Assembly: GCF_001194135.2 (NCBI RefSeq)
Contig: NC_068981.1
Span: 38,324,623 to 38,358,290, forward strand
Source: Octopus bimaculoides
Taxonomy: Eukaryota
Reading direction: 5' to 3'
DNA: 33,668 nt
Below the pieces are notes generated by a model. That model worked only from the letters and a program-made list of their open reading frames with translations, was not told the DNA's origin and did no database searches. Made by a program: the position numbers and the translations under genes. This document shows positions 1 to 11,624 of the stretch, in pieces. The first letter of the stretch is position 1. Every line of letters begins with the position of its first letter.

Positions 1-295
1 TGGCTCCTGTAGGATTTTCGAGCGAGATCGTTGCCAGTGCCCCTGGACTGGCTTGTGCGGGTGGCACATAAAAGACACCATTTCGAGCGTGGCCGTTTTC
101 GTGCGGGTGACACGTAAAAGCACCCACTACACTCTCTGAGTGGTTGGCGTTAGGAAGGGCATCCAGCTGTAGAAACTCTGCCAAATCAGACTGGAGCCTG
201 GTGTTGCCATCCGGTTTCACCAGTCCTCAGTCAAATCGTCCAACCCATGCTAGCATGGAAAGCGGACGTTAAACGATGATGATGATGATGATGAT
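1..295 (+). mobile_element. 3' half of an octopus-type SINE with RTE-LINE-like tail ending in (GAT)n; CpG-rich, so probably a young copy
   Basis: Duplicated GGTGRCACRTAAAAG(A)CACC module (59-79, 105-124), then TTAGGAAGGGCATCCAGCTGTAGAAAC and terminal CCAACCCATGCTAGCATGGAAAGCGGACGTTAAAC(GAT)n. The same motifs recur at ~9880-9970, ~10560-10700, ~13560-13610 and 24145-24195. Confidence 0.85.
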
Positions 296-299
296 AATA

Positions 300-333
300 T
301 AAATATACACATATATGTGTGTATATATTTCAA

Positions 334-384
<51 letters not shown>

Positions 385-541
385 AGAGGGAGAGGGGTGC
401 AAGAGAGATACATTTATATAAACAGTTTAATATATGCATATGTATATGAATATATACATGTGTGAATATGTGTGCATGCATGCATGAGTGTCTGTATAAA
501 TATATATATGTGTATGTGTACATATTACACACACACACACA
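300..541. repeat. Compound (TA)/(TG)/(CA)/(GA) microsatellite
   Basis: Dinucleotide runs seen directly; they explain the Y/I/H/T-rich ORFs at 269-538 and 462-692. Confidence 0.95.
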
Positions 542-1909
542 TGTAAGGGAGGGGTTTTATTTTCACATCATACAATCTTCTCATTGTCTTATTTTTTTCT
601 ATATATATAGCAATATTTCAGAAGTGTTGTCTCTATTTGTTCCATCTCAGATAGTTATTTTTCTTTTCTTCTCCTCTTATATATCTTATTGAATTTGAAA
701 CTCAAATGTGGATATTAAAGATTAAATATATAGCCATAATTAATATAGCATTTTTAAGACATAGAACATAAGAAACATTTTTTATTATTATTTGATATTA
801 GTAAATGATGCTGAAAGTTTTTATTGCCCATTGTGAAAATATTAATATCATAGGGGAAACAAAATGAAGTTTCACACTTTGAAGAAAATATATACAATAG
901 AAAATATCCTATGTTATTGGCTTCCTTTTTCTTTTAATTATAATGTCATAAAAACAGTGAGATCTATTAACATTATATTCTTACTAAGTTTATATTATCC
1001 AAAATATAATTCAGATAATGTTTGAACTTGATATAATATTTAATTGACCTGAAATAAAGTATTCAACCTGATACTTAATGCAGTGTAACCTATATTTGTC
1101 AAAGATATTTGACCTCAGCTAACTCCACTTACCATAAAGACATAACTTTACATGATATATATATGTGACTAAAATATTACTGTCAAATGAATCAAATTCC
1201 ACTTAAAAGCCAATGTATGAAATTCTAATATAAAGAGGAGAGGAACCACACCAACAAAATGAGAAGCAATTGAGTTATTCCTGGAATGAAATAATAGCAA
1301 TAAATTCTGACAGATATTTTAATGATGTATGACCAAAAATATAATCCTACCACGTTTAAATTTCAGAAGTTTGAGTTATAATAGTGAAATAATTAAAGAT
1401 TCAAAATATGGTACAACCACTAGTTGGAGATAATCACCAGTGACATGAAAACTTAAATGCCTTCACAGAATTATATAAATTTGGAAAACTTTGAGAAATA
1501 TGTGGTGGCAATGATTTTCTCTTAAATATTCTCCTCTATTAATGTTTCTAACAGACTTCTGGCTCAAATTTGGACATAATCCTACTAGAAAGTACTCACC
1601 ACATCTACCTAGTTATTTGTTATTAACATACCCTTTCTCATCAATTCTGCTTCAAAGAAGAAATTCTTACTTCAAAAAGTACATCCCATTAGATTTCAGA
1701 CACACAAAATGACAATTAACTTTGAAAACAAAATTAGGTGGGTGAATACTAATTAACACATCTAACACTGACATTTAGTAAGCCTATGATCAAAGTCATT
1801 CCAGCTATCACTACATTGCCTCTTTGGGTATATGCAGGACTACATTAACTACTGTTCCTTTCCTCATTTAAAATGTTAGGGTATGATTTGATATATATAT
1901 GATATATAT

Positions 1910-2128
1910 CCTTTTATTCTTTTACTTGTTTCAGTCATTTGACTGTGGCCATGCTGAAGCACCACCTTTAGTTGAACAAATCAACCCCAGGATTTATTTT
2001 TTGTAAGCCTTGTACTTATTCTATCGGTCTCTTTTGCTGAACCACTAAGTTATGGGGACATAAACACACCAACATTGGCATCGACCACGTTCAGATGGTG
2101 CTTTTTACATCCCACCAGCATGACTGCT
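1910..2128 (-). mobile_element. SINE fragment: Nin-like domain plus AAGTAAAAG tail, joined to the body module of the RTE-tail family
   Basis: The minus strand reads ...GCTGGTGGGATGTAAAAAGCACCATC...GATAGAATAAGTACAAGGCTTACAAAAAATAAATCCTGGGGTTGATTTG...GGTGCTTCAGCATGGCCACAGTCAAATGACTGAAACAAGTAAAAGAATAAAAG. Homologous to 11160-11300. Confidence 0.8.
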
Positions 2129-2179
2129 AGTCAGGCGACACAACTACAATTTCCATTTTGATTTCAATCTTGATTTGAT

Positions 2180-2202
2180 TTTGATGTATATGTATATGTG
2201 TG

Positions 2203-2258
<56 letters not shown>

Positions 2259-2395
2259 TATATATATATATATATACATATATATATACACATGTATACA
2301 TCTGTATATGCATGCAGAGAGAGAGGGGGGAGTGAAAGCAAGAGAGAGAGAGAGAGAGAGAAACAAATACGCAAACATGCATACATATAGTGAGA
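2180..2395. repeat. Compound (TG)/(TA)/(CA)/(GA) microsatellite
   Basis: Seen directly; explains four overlapping low-complexity ORFs. Confidence 0.95.
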
Positions 2396-3599
2396 CAGAA
2401 ATATACAAATCTATTAAGGAATGCAGTTTTTGACTATTTTCTCACATAAGTATCTGGAAGTAAACTGATTTGGAGAATAGAATGTTCCTTTACTCAGCCA
2501 CATCTTTCCTAATTCCCTCATATGTAAACTTCCATATTTTTCCTTTCTTCATATTCTTAATAATAATTGGCACCTGTAATTCTTTATTTTGCAGTGCACA
2601 TTAACTGCATATGTGCATTAATAGTGACAGTAATCTCAATATACTGGATTATTACTTTCTGTATCATGTGTCTTTATGGTTCAAGTAAACATGTATATTT
2701 GTGGTTGTGTGAAGGAGAGAGAGAGAGTCAATGTGTGTGTGTGTGTGTGTGTACATGCATTTGTTTGTTTATTCATATTCATATGTGCATTTTGAAATGA
2801 TTACTAAGTACTCTTAAGTTCATTTACTCAGTATAATGTCTGACAATTAAGCACACATAAATTGCAATAATTCACTTTTGAGGATTCTCATGTAATGAAA
2901 ATAAGTGATTTGAATGATTCAACTAAGCACATTAAATAAGGAAATGTAATAAAATATAGGAATAATAACAGAAAGGCAAATCTTATTTTTGTGAATTTTC
3001 TCTTCGAATTTTCTCTTCGAAAACAAAATACTTTCTTCATTCCCATTCATTTTTGTTTTTTTCTTTTCACATTATATTTATTATCCTTGATTTCTCAGAA
3101 TTTTCCAAGAAAACTTCTATTCATTAACCTATTTATCTAGTAAACATTAAAGAAATATATTTTTCTTTAAGAAGTAATGTAACTATTCTGTTGAAGCAAA
3201 AAGATCCAGAGATAGTTCAGAATATATTAATGGATATTTAGATGCTCATGATTTTAATAGTTGCTGATTTTCAATATAAGAATTAAAACAAAAATGTAAA
3301 TGGAATCAAAGAGAAGAATCTGACTTTTTCCAACTTTCATTCAAAGAGCAGGAGTTCAATATTATATATACGTTATTTATGCTTCATCATTAATTATCAA
3401 TGAATTCTGTTTTTTTTCAAATTTTTAATTAATATTAAAATATAGGCCAAGCTAAACAGTATAACAAGGCACACCAGTCAGCTTGATATTTGCCACACTT
3501 TTGTTTTTTTTTATGGTACAGTTTGAATATGAAGCATAAACATTTAACCTTGCAATTTAATTGAAAATTTATTCATATTTAAGTAATAATTACTAATAT

Positions 3600-4082
3600 T
3601 AGTCTTCTTCTTTTCCTTCTTCTTCTTCTTCTTTGCCTTCAACTTCTTCTTCATCATCATCACCACCTTCACCATCATGAACGAGGACAGAAACAGGTGT
3701 GTTGTTGTAGAGGAGATACATGGTTACCCAGTCAGAGGGAGAAAGCAAGAGAAAGAGTAAGAGAGTGGAAGAAAGCAAGAGAAAGAGTGAGAGAGTGGAA
3801 GAAAGCAAGAGTGCAAGAGCAAGCAGGAGAGAGATGGTGATGAAGAACCAGGGCATACTCACAAGAAACGGGAATCAGAATATAAATGGGGTGGTAGAGT
3901 AGAGCAAGAGAGAGAGAGAGGGGGGAGAGCAAGAGAGAGAGAGGGGGGAGGGGGAGAGAGAGAGAGCGAGAGAGAGAGCGAGAGAGCGCGAGAGAGAGAG
4001 AGAGAGAGAGAGATGGTGGTGAAATGCCAGGGCATACCTTCAGGGTATGGAGGTCAGAATGTAAATGGTAGAGTATTGCCAA
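3600..4082. repeat. Low-complexity block: (TCT)/(TCA)/(CCA) triplets, a 30-bp tandem repeat, GA/G runs and a ~75-bp duplicated segment
   Basis: The unit GAAAGCAAGAGAAAGAGT(A/G)AGAGAGTGGAA occurs at 3741-3770, 3771-3800 and partially at 3801-3810. GAGAGATGGTG...CCAGGGCATAC...TCAGAAT.TAAATGG occurs at ~3829-3900 and ~4008-4075. Confidence 0.8.
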
Positions 4083-4326
4083 AAGCACATGAATAGGGAG
4101 TAGGGACTTCCCATGAATGCAAAGAGGTGGGGGTTGAGTATACAGTGACTTGTGGAATATGGGTGTATATAATATGGGTGGGGGACAATAGGATAGCAAT
4201 GATACAGTAAGCAGGGCAGTGTGGACAGGATTGGGATGTGAGAGATAAATATAAGTATAGTGCATGAAAAGAGGAAATGTGAGGAAGAGAAGTGATGAAG
4301 TTTGGTTTGTTAGGGAAGGTAGTGGG

Positions 4327-4527
4327 GAATTCTCTCGGATTCAATCTACCAAACCTACTCACAAAGCTATAGAGAAGACACTTATAGAGAAGACACTTAT
4401 AGGGAAGACACTTATAGGGAAGACACTTATAGGGAAGACACTTATAGAGAAGACACTTACTCTGCAGTAGGTCTGAACCTGGTAACATGTGGTTTGAAAA
4501 CAAATTTATTAATAAACTCAGACACAC
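4327..4527 (-). mobile_element. Decayed 5' part of a tRNA-derived SINE carrying an internal tandem amplification
   Basis: Matches the 5200-5345 and 11400-11550 copies (CTACTCACAAAG, CTATAG.GAAGACACTT, GCAGT.GG.CTGAACC, AACATGTGGTT). Confidence 0.7.
4368..4457. repeat. Minisatellite: 6 x 15 bp TATAG(A/G)GAAGACACT
   Basis: Units start at 4368, 4383, 4398, 4413, 4428 and 4443; the variant order is A,A,G,G,G,A. Confidence 0.95.
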
Positions 4528-4559
4528 TTATTTATAAAATATACATACAACTAATGAAA

Positions 4560-4828
4560 GCACATGGTCTAGTGGTTAGGCTGTTGCACTCATGATTGCC
4601 AGATCATGGGTTTGATTCCCAGACCGGGTGGCACATTGTGTTTTTGAGCAAAACACTTCATTTCAAGTTGCTTCAGTTCCCCCTTTTGATCCGGGAAGAA
4701 TGTTGGCCTGCTCGTCTAGCAAGCAGGGTGGCGTAATTTGAAGGCTAAAACAATGCAAATGTGCATTGTGGTCAGTGAGGTGTAACAACATCTGATAGCC
4801 TGGTCAGTCACGTGGTCACATGTGATAT
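4560..4828 (+). mobile_element. tRNA-derived SINE with recognisable Pol III A and B boxes
   Basis: A box TGGTCTAGTGG at 4565-4575 and B box GGTTTGATTCC at 4609-4619 (CpG-decayed GGTTCGANNCC). A conserved-domain-like TGTGTTTTTGAGCAAAACACTT follows, and the element ends GGTCAGTCACGTGGTCACATGTGAT. Confidence 0.8.
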
Positions 4829-5151
4829 ACAACTAACTGGATCTTGATTAGAGAACAAAAAAAAAAATTTTTTTCTATGCCCAAATACTAGAATTTACTT
4901 TTTCTATGCCATATATGCTGACTCAGAATTTAAAGTTTTATTAACTGATTTGTGTCTATGCCAACCAATTCTAGTTTACTCAGGATCTCGTTATATTTAG
5001 GATGTATTTTAAAAATAAATAGGTTTTTCTCAAATTGAAACATAAAATGCAAGAAATATGATTATTCCTTAATGAAAATACTTGATTCTCATTTGATTTC
5101 TCATTTAATACATGCTTCCCTATGACTTTATCTATCTTGTGCATTAACAAT

Positions 5152-5154
<3 letters not shown>

Positions 5155-5201
<47 letters not shown>

Positions 5202-5345
5202 GAGAAGTTTACACACAGTTTCCATCTATAAAATTCACTCACAAGGAATTGTTCAGCACAAAACTATAACAGAAGACACTTGCTGTGCAGTGGAACTGAA
5301 CCTGAAACCACATGGTTGAAAAATGAGCTTCTTAACCACACAATC
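5155..5345 (-). mobile_element. 5' part of a tRNA-derived SINE running into its internal (TA)/(TG) microsatellite
   Basis: The minus strand reads AGGCATGATTGTGTGGTTAAGAAG...GGTTTCAGGTTCAGTTCCACTGCACAGCAAGTGTCTTCTGTTATAG..., followed by (TG)n at 5155-5190. Confidence 0.8.
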
Positions 5346-5529
5346 ATGCCTTCGCCTATTTTTACGATAAATTCCATCATAAATAATTTCATTTTATCAG
5401 GATCCCTAATTTCTGCACAACATATCTTAATATCTAAAACAATGTTCCTTGAAAAACCAGCTAAACTACAAAGTTAAAAGTATTAAAAAGGCAAGATCGT
5501 CTGAGTATGCAAGGAGTATATTTTGTTAT

Positions 5530-5778
5530 TGCAGTAATCTACAACCTTCAAAGTCACTGTCAGCATATGTATAATGACCCCCAAATAACACACACATCTA
5601 AAAGACACCAAAACACTATTACAACAACATCTATGAATGTCATCTCTCCAGCTTGTTCTAGACAAACAAACAAATCCGGGGTTTTGGCATCTGGAGACTG
5701 CCATGAAACTTTTACTGGCAGTGCCCCAGGATGGCCGCAGCCCCAAGGCTGAAATATATAAAAGAGTGAAAGAATAAA
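5530..5778 (+). mobile_element. 3' end of a retroposon sharing the CAGCATGGCCGCAG...GCTGAAA tail, with a non-SINE upstream body
   Basis: GGCAGTGCCCCAGGATGGCCGCAGCCCCAAGGCTGAAATATATAAAAGAGTGAAAGAATAAA (5717-5778) resembles the tails at 1910-1960 and 11160-11205. The left boundary is uncertain. Confidence 0.5.
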
Positions 5779-5959
5779 TCAAATACACACAAAACTAGTT
5801 GCAATATCTGTAAAACAATTAGCCTACAAAAACTGATGGAATGCACAGCACCAACAATAAGAGTACAGGAACAGCAACCATTATAGTTTGACTAAGCTGA
5901 CGTTGAACTTCACCATTGTGGCCACCATGAGATTGTACAGAAGTAGAGATTGATGAACA

Positions 5960-6395
5960 AGGAACCCTCTATGAGGCTGCTTCCTTGCTAGAAACAATAG
6001 CCAAATACATCTTAGTGTCCTTAAGAAGGAACACAATGGAAAATATTTTAGAGTACACTATATTTTAAAAAAAGAAAAAGAACAAGACTAAATGGTCAGG
6101 GTTATAATGCATTTAATTATAAATTTTGCTGGATTACAGTTGATGTGAGCTTAAACAAACAGGCATTCAGTAACATAGTGGATGATGGAGAGAGTATAAT
6201 ATGCACAGACTGCAATATTAAACCACAAAAAATTAACTATTGCATGTTGAAATGTGCTGTATAATCGCCAACTAGATAGTGATATAGCATATTTGATGTT
6301 ATTGATCTATAGATTGTGTCTTGTCATTTGGCTGATTACCCACATTTCATAGGTCTGCTCAAATAACACTGACCTGGGGTTATACAACCACACCA
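5960..6395 (+). mobile_element. Decayed fragments of an interspersed repeat family (CTAGAAA.AGC.GCCAAAT ... CATAGGTCTGCT...CTGACCTGGGG)
   Basis: Pieces at ~5960-6160 and ~6345-6395; homologous pieces at 8960-9300 (minus) and 20270-20450 (plus). Confidence 0.55.
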
Positions 6396-8959
6396 ATGAT
6401 GTAAAAATTTAAAATTCTATGCTTCACATAGAATGTTTCAGCATTATTGACCAAATTAATAAATAAATAGAAGTTTGATTAATAATACACAGATGAATAA
6501 CTTGATTAATAAGGCACAACATTTAGCAGTAACAAGTAAAATATTTCACTAACTGACAAAAAGAATACAATGTTGATCTTTTCTGGACCTTGAAAAAATA
6601 ACAACATCAAACTATTTAAAAATACATTATCCTCAACATAAGATGAACAAATACAATAAAAATGCTTTGTATGAAGCTGCCACAGCTTCTAGACATCTCC
6701 AACTGGTTGCAAGTTTATAAATGCATTATGAACACTATATATAACACCATTATAAAAATCACTTCCTTCTACAACATCAGCATAGAATTTCTATTTCACT
6801 TTGACATAAGCCACAACACACACACACAAATTCCCACACTATACTTAAGAATTGTGTTGTGCCATATTTAAATGAAAGGATATATAATGTTTTGAAAGGA
6901 ACCATTTTAGTATGTTCTTACTGCATATGTTCTAGAAAATATTCTTCCCTTTATATATTAGAAGATACTGTACCTATAAACGGTATTTACATGTAAGTAT
7001 ATAGACATCTATTTTTATATTTAATCAATTACTTTTACCAAGTAATAATGATAGTAGGGGAAAAAAACTAAGAATAATTGTATTCATTTATTAAATGTTT
7101 ATCTCTGTCAGAACTCATATTACATACAAATTGTTGAATGGTATGCAAAACTTTATTGACAGCTATACTTGTTTCACAATGTAAAGAAATATGAGATTTT
7201 GTGCTTCTCCGTTTTTGCACAATACAAACGACATTTAGCTCAACCTGTAATATATGTTTTGCATCCAATCTGCTAGACACAATAGAAGAGAATGATAAAG
7301 ACTTGGCTGCTACCTTATTGTGGAATTTATCGTAGCAAGCCATTTGAATTATTTAGCATCAGGAATATGCACAAAATTTAGTTGCTCTTGCTATAGAGGT
7401 TTTGAGTGAGTCAGTGGTGAAGAGCTCATAGGAAGAGACTGATTACTAATTCTGCTTCCCTGACAACTGGGTGGAGCCAAGCAAACACATCCGTATTACA
7501 GAAATGTAATTACAGAACTTCAGCGAAAAATTTCTTAGCCATAATAAAAACAGTTATATGAGATGGGGGCATTCCTTGTTTGAGTGAAATTCTTCTGGGA
7601 ATGCTCTAACCAACGCTGTTCAAAATGACTGTGAAAGATTCATGGGAATTCCACTGTCAACATGAAACTTGTGGCTAGTCAATTTGAAATGGCATTTGCT
7701 GAGCAAATACCAAAGAGTATGACATCATAAATAACTACAGTGATGCAAGGAGAATTGTAGTGAATCAATTTAACTGCTGGTGTAAAATGGTAATGGATTA
7801 TAAAAGAAGGGATGCGATAATGATGGCAGGCGAACAAAAATGGACACAAAACAAAAGTGAAGCAAGAGGGAAGAGAGAAACACACCAAGGAAGGATAAGA
7901 TCAAGAGAACTAAAAGAAAAAAAATGAGAAAGATATAAAAAGTATATGAAGAAAAGAAAATATAAAACATAAGGAGGAAGAACAAAATAAAAAAGAAATT
8001 TAGATGACTATTAATAAAAAAAATAGCTGTTTTAGGAGTCTGGGTTAGGTAGAGGGGAGAAAATAGGCATTAGGCACTATCAGAAAAAGGAGAGTAAAGT
8101 TTGAAAGAGAAGAGTTGGATATGATGAAAGTGAAGGGAAACAAGTAGGGGCAAAGTGTCAGATGTGAAGAAGAAAATGACCATTCATGTGAGATAGACCA
8201 GAAAAAATATTCAAGAAAAAAGTAGATGAAGTATCAAAAAAATTGTTTATTTTTGTTTTTTGTTGTTAATCCAAATAAATGGTTGTTTTATCTCCATTCT
8301 TTCCTTAATGATGACTGTTTTTTTTTTTGTTTTTCATGGAAATTATTTGCAATTTTATTTTGCTATATTTAAAAGATATTTAAGAAATTTAAATAGTTGT
8401 ATTCTAAAGAAAAGGGCTAATTCCTCAAGTGATATAATCAAAGTTCTTGAAGCAACACCGTAAAAAGTAATTTACTTTATTTATTTTCTTTTTGGCATCT
8501 TTAATATTAATTAATCCAAAATTGATTTATTCAATACATAAAATTATATCAACAAAGAAAATGTTGATATTTATAGTTAAATTATCATAGATCACTCATC
8601 CCCATTAAGATGACATAGTTATACACTTCAAAAGTCTTGCTTCATTTGATGTTATTCTTAAACCGGTTATTATATGGATAATATCCTCATTTGACAGGCA
8701 AAATCATAAATGGCATCTTGTCTGCTCCAATAGAGGCTGAACTGAATTCATTATAATGTGGAAGCAACATATAAGCATATAAGCATGAACAGTGAATCAT
8801 CGTTTTATGGATTTTTTTCAATTTTATGATTGATTATATAAGAAAATGGGCAATCTTTAATATAGATGCCCCACCACAAAACATGTGCTGCTGATAGATA
8901 TTGGTAGTTCAGGCATATTGTGATTCAGTCGTTAAGCAGACTGTAGTTGTATTTAGTGT

Positions 8960-9300
8960 TGTTATTGTTGTTACTACTGCTGCTGTTGCTGATATTGTTG
9001 TCTCGCTTTAGGTCAGCCCTGATCAAGTAGACATATGATCAATGATGTTCCTCTGTTCTTGTATGTCTGATACTTTTGTTAATCAGTCGCCCTCCACCAT
9101 CAATTCAGATCTAATCAAACAGACCTATGATTAAAGACATTCTAGCCATGACCATTCCATCTTATTTTCAAACGTTTTATTTAGCATTCTCATATTCAGT
9201 GTACACTTCATATTTTAAGATAAAGTATGATAGACAGGGAATCTGACTGTTATTCTTAGCAACCACAAAAATGCTCAGTCACTGCTTCAATAGGACCCAC
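8960..9300 (-). mobile_element. Two nested or adjacent decayed copies of the same repeat family, with a (GTT)-like tail
   Basis: TTTAGGTCAGCCCTGATCAAGTAGACATATGATCA (~9008-9042) and TCAGATCTAATCAAACAGACCTATGATTAAAGACATTCTAGCCATGACCAT (~9104-9155) are reverse complements of the motif at 6345-6380. Confidence 0.6.
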
Positions 9301-9597
9301 AGTTGACTTGTAGGTTCTGGTTATAGCCAGACATGAGACAAGTAGAAAAGACTTGGTTGAACAGCAACAGTTATCATTTTGCTGTTGCTCTATTTTTAGT
9401 GGAGTATATCTTATTAGAATGTTTGAAATTAATAAGGTTATTAATGCACATGTTATTCTTTGTGTCTATGTATTATTGGAGTTTTCTAATCTCCGTGAGT
9501 AGGACAGTGTTCTAAGTACAGTTGAAAAAAAAAATGAAAAATATATTTGTTTATTATTTTGTCTGTAAGTGTTGTTTTGTGTGCAACATTTTTAATA

Positions 9598-9980
9598 ACA
9601 GCAACAGTGATTTAAAATATATTCATTGGTGCAAGCATGAGCTTGGGTTGAATCCCACTCCGTGGCACATTGAGTGTCTTGTACTATAGTCACAAGCTGA
9701 CTAAATCCTCGTGAGTGGATTTGGCAGATTGAAACTGAAAAAAACCATGTGTGTGTGTATATGTGTATGTTACTCTCTCCTTGATAATTATAAACAAATG
9801 TCATGATCGTCATTCAAGTAGTGACTTTCATTTTCAATCTTCCATGGACATTATCTTACTCAGAAATAGGTGAGGGTTGGTGACAGAAAGGACATCCAAC
9901 TGTAGAAAATATGCCTCAACAAATTCCATCCAACCCATGCAAGCATGGAAAAGAAGATGTTAAATGATAATGGTAATGAT
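9598..9980 (+). mobile_element. Near full-length decayed SINE: tRNA-like head, (TG) linker, RTE-like tail
   Basis: B-box-like GGGTTGAATCCCACT, then GTGTCTTGTACTATAG, GTGAGTGGATTTGGCAGATTGAAACTG and terminal CCAACCCATGCAAGCATGGAAAAGAAGATGTTAAATGAT. Confidence 0.8.
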
Positions 9981-10182
9981 TGATTCACTTTTATTTTTTT
10001 ATTCTGTTCCATACTATACTTGTACATTAGGTTATCCTGAAGCATAACAGTTTATCTGTGAGAAGTTATAACCTTCTGTTGAAGCCTTCACCATGCTTGG
10101 TGAAAAGAATACTCTAAATGGTCCCTGATTCCTTTTCACATGGGACAGTGGAACCAATTCTGAGGCATAGAAAGAGAGAGCA

Positions 10183-10325
10183 GAATCACCCCCATACTTG
10201 ACTAATATTATATTTATTGACTCTGGAAAACTGAAATGAAAAGTTGAACCTGGAGCACTAAGAATTGGAAGAAATATTAAATAGCATTCTATCGGACACT
10301 TTAATGCCTCTGCCAGTTCACCAGC
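10183..10325 (-). mobile_element. Decayed Nin-domain-type SINE head
   Basis: Reverse-complement homology to 31923-32070 (TATTTATTGACTC..GAAA..TGAAA...AAAGTTGA, and TCTGCCAGTTCACC). Confidence 0.6.
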
Positions 10326-10507
10326 AAACTCACTGATTAAAAAGAAATATGAATTATGTCTCTCTTGTGTCAGTACATTGTATAGAATTTATAGAACAAG
10401 AAACATGGTTCTAGCCTTTAGCAACTAATTTAAAGCTAACTCACACTCCACTACATTTCCACTTAGTCAAGGGGATATTTTAGTCTTGTTAATAACATAG
10501 TGGCTTC

Positions 10508-10705
10508 ACTAGTGCTGGTGATATGGAAAGAAACCACCCAGTATACTTGGAAAAATTGTTAGCATCAGGAAGGGCATCCAGCTGTAGAAACCATGCCGAA
10601 GCAGACTCTGAATCTTAATGCAGCCCTCTCACATAGAATTTTGTTGAACTGTCCAACTCATGCCGCTGTAGAAGACTGGCATTAAATGATGATGATAATG
10701 AGATG
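10508..10705 (+). mobile_element. 3' part of an RTE-tail SINE followed by a triplet tail
   Basis: CAGGAAGGGCATCCAGCTGTAGAAACCATGCC ... GTCCAACTCATGCC...CATTAAATGATGATGAT; cryptic triplet repeats continue to ~10790. Confidence 0.75.
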
Positions 10706-11159
10706 AGAACAACAGGAATGGTGGTGGTGGCGGTGGCAGTGGCAGCAGCAGTGACAACAATGACAACGATGATGATAATGATAACTACTGATAAAAGAAG
10801 ACATTGTTTAATTCTAAAGCCTTTTCAAATACATGTGAAAGATATGCATAAATATAGTCAACCCCTTATAGAAAAGAAGTTTTAGCAGGCAATGACTGAA
10901 TTAACATATTCTATGGCATTTCAGTATACAATAAATGAATTAATGGTATTCTAACAAAGAAAAAAACAAAAACTAACAATTTACATATATCAATATAGCA
11001 AGATACACTGCAAATAGCATAACATTTTGTGTTTCAGCCAATTGATTTATAATTCCTTTTCTACAATTCATTACAATTTTATAGTTTTCTAATTTAGAAA
11101 AGCTGCATAATATAATCAGTTCTCTTAGCAAAATTAATAATTAAATTCAAATTGATGTT

Positions 11160-11550
11160 TTTTTTTATCTTTTACTTTTTTCAGTCATTGGACTACAGCC
11201 ATGCTTCAGTCAAACAAATCGACCACAACACTTATTTTTTTAAAACTTTGGTATTTATTCTGTTGGACCACTTTACTGAATTGCCAAGTTATGGGGGTGT
11301 AAACAAACCAGTAACAGGTGATGGTAGGAGTGACAAACACAAAAATGCACACACACACACACACACACATGTATAAAGACAGAGAGAAAGCGAGACGATG
11401 AAGTTCTACATAATTTCCATTAACTAAGTTCACTCACTTGCATAGCCTAGGGCTATAGAAGAAAACACAAGCCTAAAGTACTATGCAGTGGGACTGAACT
11501 CAAAACCATGTGGTGGCAAAGTGAGCTTCTTAACCACACAACCATGCCTA
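11160..11550 (-). mobile_element. Near full-length SINE: tRNA-like head, (TG) linker, Nin-like domain and AAGTAAAAG tail
   Basis: Head AGGCATGGTTGTGTGGTTAAGAAG...GAGTTCAGTCCCACTGC on the minus strand (11480-11550); the tail is homologous to 1910-2060. Confidence 0.8.
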
Positions 11551-11624
11551 TTAATTTTGTATCTGCAGGTGAAGGTATATCCAATCATATATTAGCTAGA
11601 TATGTAGATACATTCATGATTAAA

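Noticed and set aside
269-692. ORFs of 76-89 aa rich in Y, I, H, T, C and V (also 2127-2433, 12056-12404, 24054-24406)
   Set aside because: They are translations of TA/TG/CA/GA microsatellites, which lack stop codons in several frames.
4368-4457. CRISPR-like appearance of short regular repeats
   Set aside because: The units are contiguous with no spacers, they derive from a SINE, the context is eukaryotic and there are no cas genes.
3599-4527. The longest ORFs in the track (177 and 157 aa), and acidic or KTLI/CLPYK repeat peptides
   Set aside because: They arise from GA tracts, triplet repeats and the 15-bp SINE minisatellite; there is no domain signal or splice support.
4560-4635. Possible tRNA gene (A and B boxes)
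   Set aside because: The cloverleaf does not close and the sequence continues into a SINE body; it is a SINE head.
6962-6992. 31-nt exon candidate (TTAG/AAGATAC...TACAT/GTAAGT)
   Set aside because: The sites are plausible, but there is no recognisable peptide and no compatible neighbouring exon.
11569-11574. 6-nt microexon candidate (TCTGCAG/GTGAAG/GTATAT)
   Set aside because: It is wedged between two SINEs with a short pyrimidine tract and a modest donor; such patterns arise by chance.
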